A DNA stretch of 64,000 bases from the human T2T-CHM13v2.0 reference genome, Homo sapiens (GCF_009914755.1 NC_060930.1); one strand, 5' to 3'. Shown: positions 1-14,889, counted from the first letter of the stretch. Program-made: numbers and translations. The notes: generated from the letters alone by a model not told the origin.

Positions 1-909
1 GAGCAGTTCACAGGCAAGTAATCATAACTGGCCATAAAATTATACTTAAAACTCTCTACCCTGGCTGTCCCTAATACCCGTGTATATTTTTAAAAATAAT
101 GTTTAGGCTCCATCTTTAGAGACTGAAACTTAGTAGGCCAAATGATTTACGTTTAAAGTTCTAGAGAGATTCAGAAAAGCCAGGGCTGAGAAGCACTGGC
201 AGACCTGAGAGCTTCAAGAACAGGCCATCAGTAAAGGCCGCCACATCATGGAAGGAGGAAGGCTACCATGCAAGCCAACATCCAGAAATATTTATACCAC
301 ACCAGCTGGAGGTGTGGTGTCCTAACCATTCATGACCTTGAGCTTAAACTCCACTAGAAAAGATAAAAACATAAACTGCCCCTAAAAACTAAACTTTGGC
401 TCGCTCCAGATAGGATCCACAGATCACGATGAGGACACATGCCCGCCAGGTGGAGTGAAGACAGAGCCAACTGCTACCCGTGTCACCAGGAGATGGGGCT
501 GAGACTTGCTTTGAAGAGCAATAAGGAACAGAAAAGGTGTAATTCACAGAGCCCCTGAGAAGCAACAGACAAGTCAGACAAGGGAAGGAAAACTAATGAG
601 AGCAAAACTATAAAAGCAGCTCTTTTGACAATCAAGACATCAAAGCTTCAGAAAATTCAGAGGCAAATCTCAGCCCTGGGAAACCTTCTGAAGGATTTGA
701 AAGACAATATAAGGCAAGATTTGACAAAATAATGATTTTCACACAAAACTCAGAAAGCCAGATAATTCTTTCGTCTTTTTGGAGCATTCTGTAGAGATCA
801 CAAAGATGTTTGTTCTATCACCTTCACTGTTTGAAAATTACATATCTTGTCTCCCTTGTCCACATAAAAATCCGATTAGCAGGGTGCGTCGCAGGGCCTC
901 TGCCCTTAC

Positions 910-1027
910 CTATGAGGTCGGTGGGGCCAGTCCCCAGATTTTCTCCCCTGATTGTGACCTTCGTCCATGGTATCCCTTCATTTGGAGAGATGCCGGTCAC
1001 AAGGGGGGGTTGTCGTGATCGAGACAT
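910..1027 (-). CDS. EXOC2: EXOC2 (SEC5) first coding segment, start of the IPT/TIG Ral-binding domain; gene continues beyond window start
   Basis: Translates [39 protein letters not shown](G), the SEC5 N-terminus. 118 nt, ending at a phase-1 donor ATAG|GTAAGG (GT at 909-908). Confidence 0.97.
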
Positions 1028-1070
1028 TGTGCTTTGTGGAGCAAACTGGTGATCCTGTTAGAGAAGTAAT
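910..1070 (-). other. EXOC2: EXOC2 exon 2 (43 nt 5'UTR + 118 nt CDS)
   Basis: Acceptor TTTCTTTCTCTTTTAACAG|ATTAC at 1071/1070 with a long pyrimidine tract; donor G|GTAAGG at 910/909. Confidence 0.92.
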
Positions 1071-1711
1071 CTGTTAAAAGAGAAAGAAAAAAGGATTAGT
1101 ACCAACTGAGACAAGCATTGGCTGAAAATATAAGAATGCTAGACAGTCAGTACCAAAATATAAAAAGTATTCTTAAACACAGAGTTTTGAATTTTTTAGG
1201 GGTCATTTAGCCAATCAGCCAACATCTACTGAACATTAAGTTACTAAGGACACTCTGGTTAGTATTGCAAGAAAGACATAAGAATAACAGAATGCTAAGC
1301 CCTGGGTTCTAAAAACTTTCAGCACAAGGGCAGAGAGAAACTAATGTCACCACGTAGCTCCATGACTACCTCTGCTGAACCCTAAATTGATACTAGGAAC
1401 TGTTCTACTGTTCTACCCCCAGGGCTGTTTAAAGGAGATATTCTGATTAACTATACTCATAAAAATAAAAACACACTTACATTCCCACAGGTGTACTGAA
1501 TTTCAGTTTACTTTTGTGTTTATATAGTATAGCAACTCTTTTTTAATATGCTCAAATCAATGCAATATACTGACATTTCTACAAAACCTAGAACGTAGAT
1601 ACAGGCAGAAGCATGAATTTGCTAGCTGTTGTGAGTATAACAGAGGAGGGAAAAGTGTAGTTTCTGAGACCAGGTAGACTTGTGTTCAAGTACTGCTGCT
1701 CCCATTTACTA

Positions 1712-2200
<489 letters not shown>

Positions 2201-2476
2201 TCAGATGCCCCAGAAGGTGGGGTGAGGCTCAGAGCAGAACAGTGAGACTTGCTGGTGACCTGTATCTTTATGGACTAAAAAGTTAGATTCCCTGGCCCCT
2301 GCCTCCATCCTTCACAGTCTGGAGAAGAGAAGTTTAGTCTTTTAAGAAACCAAGCAAGAGCACCAGGACTCAGAGACCCCCAGCACAGCAGAGGTGTGGG
2401 AAACTTGGGGGCAGGCTGACCAGGGATTTGGGGTAAACCTGTGCAGCAAAGCCGTGGGACTCAGGCTGCCTCCCTT

Positions 2477-2743
2477 CTCCTGCCCTTGCCACTGTGAGCA
2501 GGTGTGCAAGCCCCTCCTGCCCTTGCCACTGTGAGCAGGTGTGCAAGCCCCTCCTGCCCTTGCCACTGTGAGCAGGTGTGCAAGCCCCTCCTGCCCTTGC
2601 CACTGTGAGCAGGTGTGCAAGCCCCTCCTGCCCTTGCCACTGTGAGCAGGTGTGCAAGCCCCTCCTGCCCTTGCCACTGTGAGCAGGTGTGCAAGCCCCT
2701 CCTGCCCTTGCCACTGTGAGCAGGTGTGCAAGCCCCTCCTGCC
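2477..2743. repeat. Minisatellite, 37-bp unit x7.2, identical copies
   Basis: CTCCTGCCCTTGCCACTGTGAGCAGGTGTGCAAGCCC starting at 2477, 2514, 2551, 2588, 2625, 2662 and 2699, plus 8 nt. Confidence 0.98.
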
Positions 2744-2956
2744 AATCCCACCCTGTCCACACAACTGAAGCATTATTCCCCGCAGAAACTGAAGAGTCCT
2801 AGGAAAATAAGACCCAAAGATCCTGACACCTGAGTGTCTTCCCTGCAAAAAGGGAAGGGCCGCTTGCTTGTCCGCCCATCACCTGTACAGCCACTCACTG
2901 TAAACTGCCCACACACAAACTCAATCAAATCAGCGGTTAATAGTCTCACTCTAAGA

Positions 2957-3569
2957 TGTGGGAGGCGTACAGGCCATGAGTGAAAGCTTCCCCTCTGCCC
3001 TCTAAAGGGTCGCTGGAGATGAATGAGGCTGGTTAACAGGAGCAAAGGGCAGACACGTTTCTTTAATGTGCATGGACTCGCAGGAGCATGGTTACCCAAC
3101 AAACCGGTGAGGTCCAGATGCTTACAGACCCTTCTTCAAAGGGAAAGGGAGGATAGGCGAAATGTGGCCATTTGGAGGGGTAGTAAATAATTTTTAGGGG
3201 GAATGAATGGGCCCAATGCTCAGATGGTAGTTAATAAATAATTCTGAGAATTAAATGGGACCTGAGAACAGACAACAGTTTGGACAAAGCCCATCTGGGC
3301 TCCAGGTGTAGTGTTTGATTTTCAGTCTCTTTTTCTATGATATGAGTTTTAATCTTCTCTGATTAATGAAATTTCAGGGAGGAAACTGAAGGCAAATGTG
3401 TTCTTCTTTGGTTGGTCTAGTTTCTCCGTAGGTAAGGGAACTTCAGATAAACAGCCTCATTCTGTGCTTTGGGAGAGACAGAAGGGGTGCGGGGAGAGCT
3501 TGAGGCTGCTTCCTTAGCGCAGAATGTCAAAGCACCATATTTTAGGGTATCGTTTTCTGACCCCCAACA
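2957..3569 (-). mobile_element. ERV1-class LTR (MER31/MER4-group-like)
   Basis: Minus-strand start TGTTGGGGGTCAGAAAACGATACCCTAAAATATGGTGCTTTGAC; left boundary approximate. Confidence 0.6.
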
Positions 3570-3660
3570 TTGGACAGCCAAAGGGAATGAGGAAAGATAT
3601 GTAAGACAGAGATGGAAGAAAGACAAACAAGAAAAAAACACAGAACAAACATATTGCAGG

Positions 3661-4089
3661 TGTTGTATGGCCTGAATTATGCCCACCCACCTCACTCCGC
3701 CACTGCCAAATTTCATATGTTAAACCCAGCCCCAGTACCCCAGAATGTGGCTGTATTCAGAAAGGGGGCCTTTAAAGAGGTAATAAAGGTGAAACGAGGT
3801 CACATGGGTGGGCCCTAATCCAGTATGACTGGTGTCCTTATTGGAAGAATTTGGACAGAGACACACACAGAGGGAAGGACATACGAAGACTCATGAGAAG
3901 ACGCTGTCTACAAGCCAAGGAGAGAGGCCTAAAACAGATCATTCCTCACGGCCCTCAAAAGAAACCAACCCCACTGACTCCCTCATCTCAGACTTCTAGC
4001 TTCCAAAAGGGTGAGAAAATAAATGTATGTTGTTTAAGCCACTCGGTCTAGTATACTTTGTTATAACAGCCCTACCAAACTACTAACAG
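3661..4089 (+). mobile_element. MaLR LTR (MLT1A/B-like)
   Basis: GGTGGGCCCTAATCCAGTATGACTGGTGTCCTT; AATAAATGTATGTTGTTTAAGCCAC; typical 3' end. Confidence 0.82.
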
Positions 4090-4489
4090 CAGGTACAGAA
4101 AAAAAAAACTTCGAAATCATTCTAAAGTTTGATACCAAATTAATATCGAGAGAAATTTTTTACCCCTAAAAGAACTAGATGCCATGAAAATAAATGAATC
4201 CAAGAATAAAAGCTCTTGAAATTTTCAAAAAGGTCCAAAGACACATGACTTATACAGTCATAATAATGTAGTAACTGACCACCGGTTTAAACAAAATTGA
4301 AATAAGGCACAAAAGGCGGATGTGTGTTTGGGGGCAGGCAAGACAGGTAAACCAGGGAGTGACCATCTTTTATCTCACATAATGGGAGGCTGACAGCTAA
4401 TGTCTAAAACGGACCACCAAGAAATGGCAGATTAGAAGAATCTGGAAATGTTGCAGTGGATGGCAGGAGAGAGTGGAATGAGTCTGGGG

Positions 4490-4778
4490 TATGTTGTATA
4501 ATAGAGTATTTGACCTCTGTCCCTGGTTTCTGGGAGCGAGTCTTAAATCCTTGGTGTTTTCCGGCAATAGGAGGGTCTTTGTTATTCATGATCCTCTCAA
4601 ACCACGCCCTAGTATAGGCCAAGATGACTCAACAGCAGGACTGGCCATTCCAGAAAGACCATGGGATTAGAGGGTTAGGGTTTTGAGCAAAGCACCAGCA
4701 AACCAACCTCCTGTGGAGAGGCGGGGCTGCAGATTAGGTTCAGTCCAACACGACTTAATCAATCATGCCTACGTAACT
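4490..4778 (+). mobile_element. MER21-like LTR fragment (further piece ~5540-5730)
   Basis: TCTGTCCCTGGTTTCTGGGAG...AATCAATCATGCCTACGTAA. Confidence 0.6.
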
Positions 4779-5759
4779 TATTTAATACAAATAAAATGGC
4801 AAAACAACAAAAAAGGAAGTCCAGAAAAACATTATCATTCATCCAATAAACCCAATGAGACAACTCAAGGTTACCTTGAGTTCCTCTCCTTCCCTCTGGC
4901 ACCCCCTGAATCAAATAATCAGTATCTTTTGTCTGAATCAAAAATCAACTATTCCTCTCAATCCTACTGTTTCCTCCTGTTGCTCTCCCACTTAAGACCT
5001 TCGTCTTCTCCCCTCAATGCTGCAACAGACGTATAACTGGTAACTCTGCCCCATTTTCTCTCCACTGCAATCCACCCTCAGCAAATGCCAGAGTTAGTTC
5101 TCTAAAATATGGAGCTAATCAATATTATCCCTACCTTTAAAATAATCTTCTATGAAATCCACTGTTTTGTGGTCTGCACAGCCCACAACCTCCTCCACAT
5201 CCCGTTCAAAGCCTGCCACAGCTAGACCCGTCCACATTGCCTACTTCATCTCCACCACTCCTCTCCTCTGACATTCCCCACATGAGCCCATTCACCTCTT
5301 ATGAACCTGCCACATGCTTGTATTCATGTAATTCAACCTCTTTCCACTAAAGAGAAATTTCCAAGTTTATTAAATCTTTACCAATATTTCAAGTCATGCT
5401 CAAATGTTATTTTAGTCTCCCTGATCCCTCCTTCTATTAAACTTCTACTACATAATGTTAATATTCACTGTGTTAAATTTTAGATATTTTATTTGTTTCT
5501 CCTTTGAAAACACATCTTTAATCAATTTTATATCCCCACTTCTCAAGCTGTGGGATCTGACATGCTCATGTCAGGACTGAACTGAATTAGAGGACATCTA
5601 GCTGGTATCCGCTGGAGAGCTGCTTGCTTGGTGTGTGGGGAAAACTTCACACACACCTGGTATCAGGAGTGTGTACTGAGTTAGTGGCTGTGTGAACATA
5701 GAAAGTAGGAAAAACACTTGGATTTTTTCCTATCTCTTTATAAGCAAATAAGCAGATAA

Positions 5760-8700
5760 CCGAAATGGACCCTAAGATGAACCAGACAGAAGAATTAGTA
5801 GATAAGAACTTAAAAGAGTCTATAACAAATGTTATTAAAATATATGTAATCATAATGAATAAACAGATGGTTGTTCTACATAGAGGAATTAAAATTATAA
5901 AATTATTTTTTAAAAAGAAATGCAATGCGAATTCTAGAACTGAAAGGTATACTGTCTGAAATGAAAAATACACTGATTAGGCTGCACAGTAGGTAGAAGA
6001 TATTTGAAGAAACAGTCAGTGAACATGATTATAGATCAATATAGTTATAGAAATAGATTTATCTAAAGATATATAGTTCTTTAAAGTACTGGAAGAAAAA
6101 AAGTCTGAAATTAAAGTTGTAAAAGGCATTTTTCAAGTAAAAAAAAAAAGGTTCATTGCAAACAAATCTGTATGACAAGAAATGCTGAAAGAAGTTCTTC
6201 AATCTCAAGGGGAAGTGATACCACAAAGCAATTTGGTAGGAGAGTTTATAATGATGAAAGGACAAATTCATCAGAAAGATATAACAATCAAAACTGTATA
6301 CACCTAATACAAGAGCTTCAAAACCCATTAAACAAAAACTGATTGATAGGGAGAGATAAATACACAATCATAGTTTGAGGTTTTAATATTCCCTTTCAAT
6401 ATTAATAACTAGATATTAAAAAACAAACAAAAAACATAGAAGATATGAACAGCACTGTTGGTCATCCTGACCTGACATTTATAAAACTCCTTTTCAGGTG
6501 CTCATGGAATGTTCACCAAGATAGACCATATGCTGGGCCATAAAGTAAGTCACAGGCAATTCCCAAAGACCGAAATTCCGAAGATTACAAAGGAATCTTC
6601 GTTAGCAATAGAAACACAATATCCAGAAAAGTATCCAGGTATTTGGAAATTAATACACTTCTAAATAACCCAACATTCAAAGTAGAAATTAAGAGGGAAA
6701 CAAAATATTTTGAAATGAATGATAAGAAACATTTATCAAAATTTGTGGAATGCCACCAAAGCAGTAACTTAAGATCTTAGAGAAAAAATATTTAAAATTA
6801 AGAATCTATGTTTCCACCTTTTTTAAAAAAACTAGAAAAATAAGGGCTAAATAAACTCAAAGTAAAGGGGAAGGAGGGCAGGAAAAGGAAGCAGAATGAC
6901 AGAAATAGGAAAAAAATAAACAGTGGAAACCAATAACATAAGTAAAAAGAATTTGAAAAAAATTAAAGCCAAAAGTTCTTCACCAACAATTAATGAATTG
7001 ATGTTTCAAAAAAACTCTCTAGAAATGAAACAAAAATTATCAATTTCAGTAATGAAAGAGGGAATAACCATAGATACTAAAGACATTTAAATAGCAATAA
7101 AGACAATGAACAGCTTTATGCTGATAAATTTTACAACTTAGATGAAATGAATTCCTTGAAAGACAAGTTACCCAAACTAAACAAGATGAAATAGAAAATC
7201 TCAATATCTTCATAAAGATTAAATAAATTAAATTCATTATCAAAACTTTCCTACAAAGAAAACTCAAACCTAGATGCCTTCACAGATGGATTCCATAAAA
7301 CATTTAAGGAAGAAGAAATATCAAGCCTATATGAAATATTTCAAAAAGCAAAAGAGGAATACATCATGATCAAGTAGGGTTTATTCCAACCAAGCAAGGC
7401 CAGTTTTTCAAACATCAATCACTGTGAATTACCATATTAAAAGTAAAGGAAAAACCGTATGTTACCCTAAATAGATGTCAAAGAAGCCTTTGATAAAACT
7501 CATGATTAAAAACTATTCACGATTAAAAACTCTCAACAAACTAAGACTACAGAGCATCTCCTCAATCTAATAAAGAACTATTTGAGTGGGGAGGATCACC
7601 TAACATCCTACTTAATGGTGAAATACAGAATGCTTTCCCCCCTTTCGAACAGTAACATAGAAAAGATACCTCTCTTTCCTTGCCTATTCAACACTGTTCT
7701 AGAAGTTCTAGCAGTGCAATAGGGCGAATTAAAGAAATAAAAAGCAGAAAGATGGCAAAGGAAGAAGTAAACATCTATTTGCAGATGACATGATTGCTTA
7801 TATAAAAAATCCTAAGAAATCTACTAAGCAACTAATAGCACTAATAGCCGAATTTAGCAAAGTCTTAGTATTCATGGTCAATATATAAAAATCAGTTATT
7901 TACATATTTTAGTAGGAAATGATTAGAAAATAAAATTTTTTAAATTTTGAAAATGCCATTATAAAACCAAATACCTAAAAATACACTTAATAAAAGAAAT
8001 GTACAAGACTTCTACATTAAAAACTACAATATACTGCAGAGACAAAACAAAGACCTAAATAAGTGAAGATCTATATCATGACCATGGATCAGAAGACTCA
8101 ATGTTGTTAAAGTATCAATTCTCCCCAAACTGATTATAAATTCATGCAAGCTTATATAGAGATATTGTCAAGGTCATTCTAAAATTCCAGTAGATATTCG
8201 AAGATCTAGCAAGAGCCAAACCAATCTTAGGAGGAAGAAAAAAGTTGTAACACAGTTCATGACTTCAAGACTTATTAGAAATCTACAGTAATCAAGACAG
8301 TGTTGTTGACATTAGGATAAACTAATGGACGAATGAAATAGACTAGAATCCAGAAACAAACACATATGATTATATGAGTTTTGACAAGGCACCAAAGTAA
8401 TTCAATGGGAAAAATATTTTAATGGTGTTGAAAAAACTGGATAGCTACATAAAAAAAAAAAAAGGAATGTTAACTGCAACCTCACATCACTTACAAAAAT
8501 TATTTCAAAATGGCTCATAAACATAAAAACTAAAATTATAAACTATAAAGAAGATAACATAGGAGATTATCTCCATTACCTGGGCGTAGGTAAAGACTTG
8601 TGTTCAATATGACAAACACAAGTACAATGAAAAACACTAAATTTTCTGACTTCATCCAAATTAAAATCTTCTGCTTATCAAGAGAAAATAAATAGGCAAC

Positions 8701-9720
8701 TACTGCCTAGAAGGAAATATTCACAATAGATACAAATGACAAAGGACTTTATACAAACAACACATAAAGAACTTTTGCAATCTGATAACAAAGGAAGCAA
8801 CCCTTTTTTTTTGAGCAAAAGATTTGAGGAGACTCTTCATAAAGGCAGATATATGAACTCAGTTTTTAATATGGTATGTGACAAAGAAGTGTACTGGTAG
8901 ATTTATGTGTGTGTGCAAGTGTGTATTTTCTAGCTTTGTACATTGAGAGAGGCTAGAAGCAATAATACAACAGTAGCGATGAGCATATCTAACTCCCAAA
9001 TACCATTTTTCAATGAAAGGAACCAGTGACCTTGGAGAAATGGCTGATGCAGGGCTGAGGCAGGGCAAGGACAAGGTAAGCCTGAAAGATTCTGCTGTAC
9101 CAGTAAGGAAGTGTATGTCAAAAGGCCACAGAGCCAGACTGAAGCAGTGCCCACTGTCCAAACCAGACAATCTGAGAACCAAAAATTAGTATTTTCTTGA
9201 CCTTGACATTTTCAAAGAGTACAGGTTATTTTATGGAATGCCTATCAATTTGGCTCTGTCTGATCATCCCTGTTGATTTGATTTGGCTTATGTATCTTTC
9301 ACAGGGACTTCACAGATCCTTCTCAGTGATTCATATCAAGAAAGGCTCCTCATGTTTGTCTGTTTCAACTTTGGATTAGACAGTATGGTACCAATATTTT
9401 ATTTCCTGATTTTGGTAACTGTATTATAATATAAGAGAATGTCCTTATTCTTAATAACTACATACTGAAGTATTTAGGAGTCAAGGAATGATGCCTCATC
9501 CCACTTTCAAATGGTTCACAAAAACATAGACAGATGGACAGAATGATACAGAAATTGGGGAAAAAGGAAACAACTGGTGGGCGTGGTTAAAGGGCTTCCT
9601 GGAGTTACTAGTCACCAAAATGAAGGAAGTAAGTAAGGGGTTTATAGGAGTTACTTTTACTATTCTGGAAAGTTTTCTATAAGTTTGAAGTTATAGCAAA
9701 ATAAAAAGTTATCAAATAAT
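5760..9720 (+). mobile_element. Old L1M (L1MC/MD-like) fragments, ORF1 to ORF2 to 3' end
   Basis: A-rich strand with degenerate L1 motifs (ACCAAGATAGACCATATGCTGGGCCATAAA; CTATTTGCAGATGACATGATT). Confidence 0.8.
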
Positions 9721-11921
9721 GCTTTGGTAATATTTTGAAATTAAACACAAACACATCCCATTAACATTAGCCTGCTAAGCTACACAACATATTAGGCTCA
9801 TTGTTCCTGAAAATTGAAAGATATTTATTTTCACATTTGACATCAGCAAAATGCACAAATAAGCAATGAATAAACTGATATTACATAAAGATACTAGGTA
9901 ATTTAATAGTTACGTTTATATAAAATTGTATGTTTCAGAATTATTATTTTACTGGAATACACTATTGCTACCTCTTTAAACATGCTTCTAAACGCAGACA
10001 AAAGTGTGGAAAGCTTGTTTTGACAATGTGCTAGAAAACTATTATAAACTGATAAACATGAGATTTAGTATGGTAGCATATTAATAAAAATTATAGGACA
10101 GCAAAGGCATATTTCAACACAAAGTTCTTCAACAACTGCTTCAATAAACAGACATCATGTTGCTCCAAAGATACCAAAACACTGCAGGGAGAGCAAATAT
10201 TAAGAAAAATGTGGATAATTAACCCACCACATTAATTAATGCTTACAAACCAATTTGTGAGAGGAAAATACTTTCTTCAATTGGCATGGAAAATTAGGCT
10301 CCACTGAGTGGTGATTCAATTATTTTCTTGACACTATTAAGGTATGTCCTCAGTATTACAGCACAAATTAAATAAGCATGTGGTTAAAAGTGAGTACTTT
10401 CAGATTCTGGTCTAGATCACATAAAGAACCAAATTTTTAAGTAGAAATATGCTGCTCTCCTTGTTTCCAGAAAAACAGTAGTATTAAAACTTAATGAAAA
10501 TAATTACCGTTGACATTAATGTTACTGAAAAGATGATTAGTACAAACATCAGACTGTCAGAGATCCTCAGCGGTTTTGATTATCAGCAGGGGTGGTATTT
10601 CACAGAATCAGAGCCAAAGGAGAGCTGACACAACTGGTATCTAGTCTCTTCACCTGAAGACACTGTAACCTAGAGATGCTGAGTGTCTTTTTCAAGAGCA
10701 CACACCTGATGAGTTGTCAAACAGACCAGATTCCTGGTGACCGGATCTGTAAGAGTCTAGTATCCTCTTCCTTCTGTACCACCATATGTCCTGTGAGGTC
10801 ATTTGTGAATGTGACCGCTCGCATTCTAATAACCTTCATTGTGTCTCCAGTGACTGGGGCTCTGGCTCACTCTGGTGTGAAACATAACTGCAATTAGAAT
10901 ACCTCTGGTCTCAAAGAACGCAAAACTAAAAAACTAGGACAGGGCAATTCCAATTTACTCCCACTATTTCAAATCCATTTTGAGGTCATTTACACAGGGC
11001 TCTTAATCTTAACTATGTTACCCTCAAAATCTGTCCAACTAAAAGTAATGTCTGGTCATAAAAGGTAATGTCTGGGCCACCATGGATAGCCATGAATCAA
11101 AAAGTCTGATCTACTTTCTTATTTATGACTGAAGAGTACAGGCAGGTGTCTTCCAGACGCACAAAGCAGACAACTGAAAAGCCAACAGGCATTACACTGG
11201 TTCATTTGCAACAATCGTATTTCCTTACCATGAAGAATTACCTACATATATCCAAACCAGAACAGACCATTATGCCAGGAAGACCTGTCATTTAATTTAC
11301 AAATATAAGAACATATCTGCTTTTCACACTGCAGTATCCGTAGCACATCCAACAGTGCCTGCGACATAATATACACTCAGTAATTTGTGAATGAACTATA
11401 GGAAGAGATGTCTCTTCTCAACCTGCCTTCAGTTAAAAACATACTACAAGATAGTATGTTCTTATGTTTGTTGATATGTTCTTATCAATAAGTAATGCTC
11501 TTATGTTTAAAATCTCTAATAAAAGAAATAATTTCTTATCACTCTCAGGAAAGAGTCTAAGGCTTTAAGGAAACAGAATTCAGCTTCTGAACATTTTCAG
11601 TTTGACGATCCATGCCAGACTCCCTTGAGTTTAAAGGAACGCTCTAGTCTACAGTTGTCATTGTCTACAAATTTTCCTCACAAATATTCCAATTGCCATA
11701 AAACAATGACATCAAAAATGTGTCATAAGCTCTTTCTTATATAAATACACTAAACGGAGGTCAACAAAAGTCTGACTTTGCCTGTCATAAACCTCATTTG
11801 TTTAACTAAAGCAATATATAGTCTTTTAACTTCATAGCCATTTAAGACAATTAAGAAAGCACTAAGGAATAAAGTGAATAAGCCTATCCTAAAAGCACAT
11901 ACCACAAACTTTTAAAAACTC

Positions 11922-12215
<294 letters not shown>

Positions 12216-12222
12216 CTAACTC

Positions 12223-12392
12223 TTTTCTTTGTAAGAGACGGAGCCTCGTTGTGTTTCCCATGCTGGAGGGCCGTGGAAATTCACAGGTGCGATCAGGGTG
12301 CATTACTGCCTCCAACTTCTGGCTTCCAGTGATCCTCCTTCCTCAGCCTCCAGAGTAGCTGGAACTACAGGCCCGCACCACTGTGCCCGGCC
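12223..12392 (-). mobile_element. FAM (fossil Alu monomer)
   Basis: Monomer retaining the 7SL-derived segment ATTCACAGGTGCGATC, absent from dimeric Alus. Confidence 0.78.
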
Positions 12393-14233
12393 ACAAACTA
12401 ATTTTATCTTTGGAAAGCATAGGGATAAAGAGGTATAACAGCTATTATTACTCATGTAAGGAAAGTTAATACAGATGAGAATCAGGAACTTTTATTAGGT
12501 CAGATTCTGGTACAAGAAAACTAATAATATACAAAGTACTAAATAATGCAAATGGGCAAATAATAAACGTTGGGGGAATGGGAGTACTTACTGGGAACTT
12601 CACATATATACACAGGTATATAAGATGGGCTACAAATTATTACTTACTGGCTCCTAGCCTAAGAACCACACTACACACTTACGTACTATCCATTACCAAA
12701 GAGAATTACTGGTTTGCTTAAAAAAAAATCATAATTCTGATGTGTTTCCAGACTCATGTTAATTCACCAAGTATTTCTCAAATGCCTGGACCCGAATGGG
12801 GATAACCAGAACTAGGAGGGTCCTTATGGAAATTAACCGTGGAAAGAGACACTTGTCTGATTTCTTTTGATAATGGCAACCTATTCACTGAATAAATATA
12901 CACACAAGAGTAATTTCTTTTTAGCAGTAAAATGTTTAAAAAGTACAAGTCTGTCATATGAATAAGCCAGTTTAGCTTTCAGCAAATGGTATCTAGTGGG
13001 ACAATAAATTCTGGATATAAGAAAGCACTTTAATACATTTTCCAATGATTTATTTTCTACAGATACAGTGAAACATAAAAGGCATAGTGTTTTCTTGCTT
13101 CTCAGTAGTCTCCCTATGAGAAACAATGGAAGATGCTTAAATAATTTGTAAACTTGAGACTTTGACTTTTTTTAATGTAAGACTTTATTTTCATTGAATT
13201 ATCATTTTGTGTGGCAAATAAATTCCTTCCTGCCTGCAAGAGCAAAGGACATCTTCAAACAAGGACAAAATGATAATGCCCCTCCAAAAGGTTTGAGATT
13301 TTTTAAATTTAAATTTTATCTTTATAGATTAAGTAAAACAATCATATGGTACTCTAGATTTATTGTAATGAACAAAAGTATATCCAAGCTGTAAGTCTAT
13401 TGAAACATTTATGAACAGTCTGGAGACTGGGTTCTAAACTGAGTTCTGGCATTAGGAAATAAAAACGCTTGTTCACTTTTACGCACTGTGAAACGTTTCT
13501 TATCTATAAACAAGATGATTGGATGAGATCAGCTCTAAGGCATCTCTGAGCTCTTGTTCCTAGGAGAGTCCTTTACAAAGCTTTTAAATTCAGCAACTAA
13601 TGCATGACTATAGAAACGGGCACTCTCTAGTTTTTCACAATTAAACTAAAAACTTTAATAATAGCTTGCTATTCATTTTAAAATTTCTGTATTGTAAAAC
13701 GTTTTTACTGTATAATTACACAATATTAGTTAAAACATTATATTTAGATGGTCTATTGATGTTTAATATTATAGGCAACGTATCTCTGCAGATTAGGGAA
13801 TAACCTAAGTAGAAGAATAAATTATCTTTTCCATTTTCAAAAGCTACATTACAAAACTAGGCTATAAAACTTTTGATAGATACTCCCTGTTAATGAATTA
13901 TTAAAAGTAAACCATAATAATTCATGAAAGACTAAACTGTAAAATTATTTATGTTCTAAAACAAACTATTAGATTTTTCATTTCTGTTGGTATTATTAAG
14001 TACATCAAGACAAAGCAACAGAACTAGAGACAGACAACTGGAGGAAAGAAGAGGAGAGAGTATGAAACTAGTAAAAAATATCTTTTATTATAGCTTGAAA
14101 ATTTTCATTTAATTTTTCTAAAAAGGAAAAAATTTGGAAGAGATGCCTGAAACAAACACGATAAGCAATTTGTTATGTCAAAATCAAAACCTGCAGATCT
14201 TATAACTTCCTCACTGTAGTAAGGCATGTGTTC

Positions 14234-14534
14234 TTTTTTTTTTTTTTTGAGGCAGAATCTCGCTCTGTTGCCCAGGCTGGAGGGCAGTAGCGTGTGATCT
14301 CGGCTCACTGCAAGCTCTGCCTCGCAGGTTCACGCCATTCTCCTGCCTCAGCCTCCCAAATAGCTGAGACTACAGGCGCCCGCCACCATGCCCAGCTAAT
14401 TTTTTTTTGTATTTTTAATAGAGACGGGGTTTCACTATGTTAGCCAGGATGGTCTTGATCTCCTGACCTTGTGATCCTCCTGCCTCGGCCTCCCAAAGTG
14501 CTGGGATTACAGGCGTGAGCCACCGCGCCCGGCC
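14234..14534 (-). mobile_element. AluY-like
   Basis: GCAAGCTC, TTCACGCCATTCTC, TTAGCCAGGATGGTC diagnostics; TSD GTGTTCT. Confidence 0.92.
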
Positions 14535-14573
14535 GTGTTCTCCATTTTTATCTTGCATTTAAAGTCTACAAAA

Positions 14574-14858
14574 GGCCAGGTGTAGTGGCTGATGCTTGTA
14601 ATCCCAACACTTTGGGAGGCTGAGGCGGGCAGATAACTTGAGGTCAGGAGTTTGAAACCAGCCTGGCCAACATGGTGAAACCCCATCTCTAATAAAAATA
14701 CAAAAATTATCTGGGTGTGATGGTGGGCACCTGTAATCCCAGCTACTCGGGAAGCTGAGGTATGAGAATCACTTGAACCCGGAGGCCGAGGTTAGGGTAA
14801 GCCAAGATTGTGCCACTGCACTCCAACCTGGGCAACAGAGCAAGACTCCGTCTCAGAA

Positions 14859-14889
<31 letters not shown>

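Noticed and set aside
824-909. Continuation of the EXOC2 ORF (KGRGPATH...)
   Set aside because: Read-through into the intron past the GTAAGG donor.
2342-2848. Three overlapping repetitive ORFs
   Set aside because: Artefact of a stop-free 37-bp repeat whose length is not a multiple of 3.
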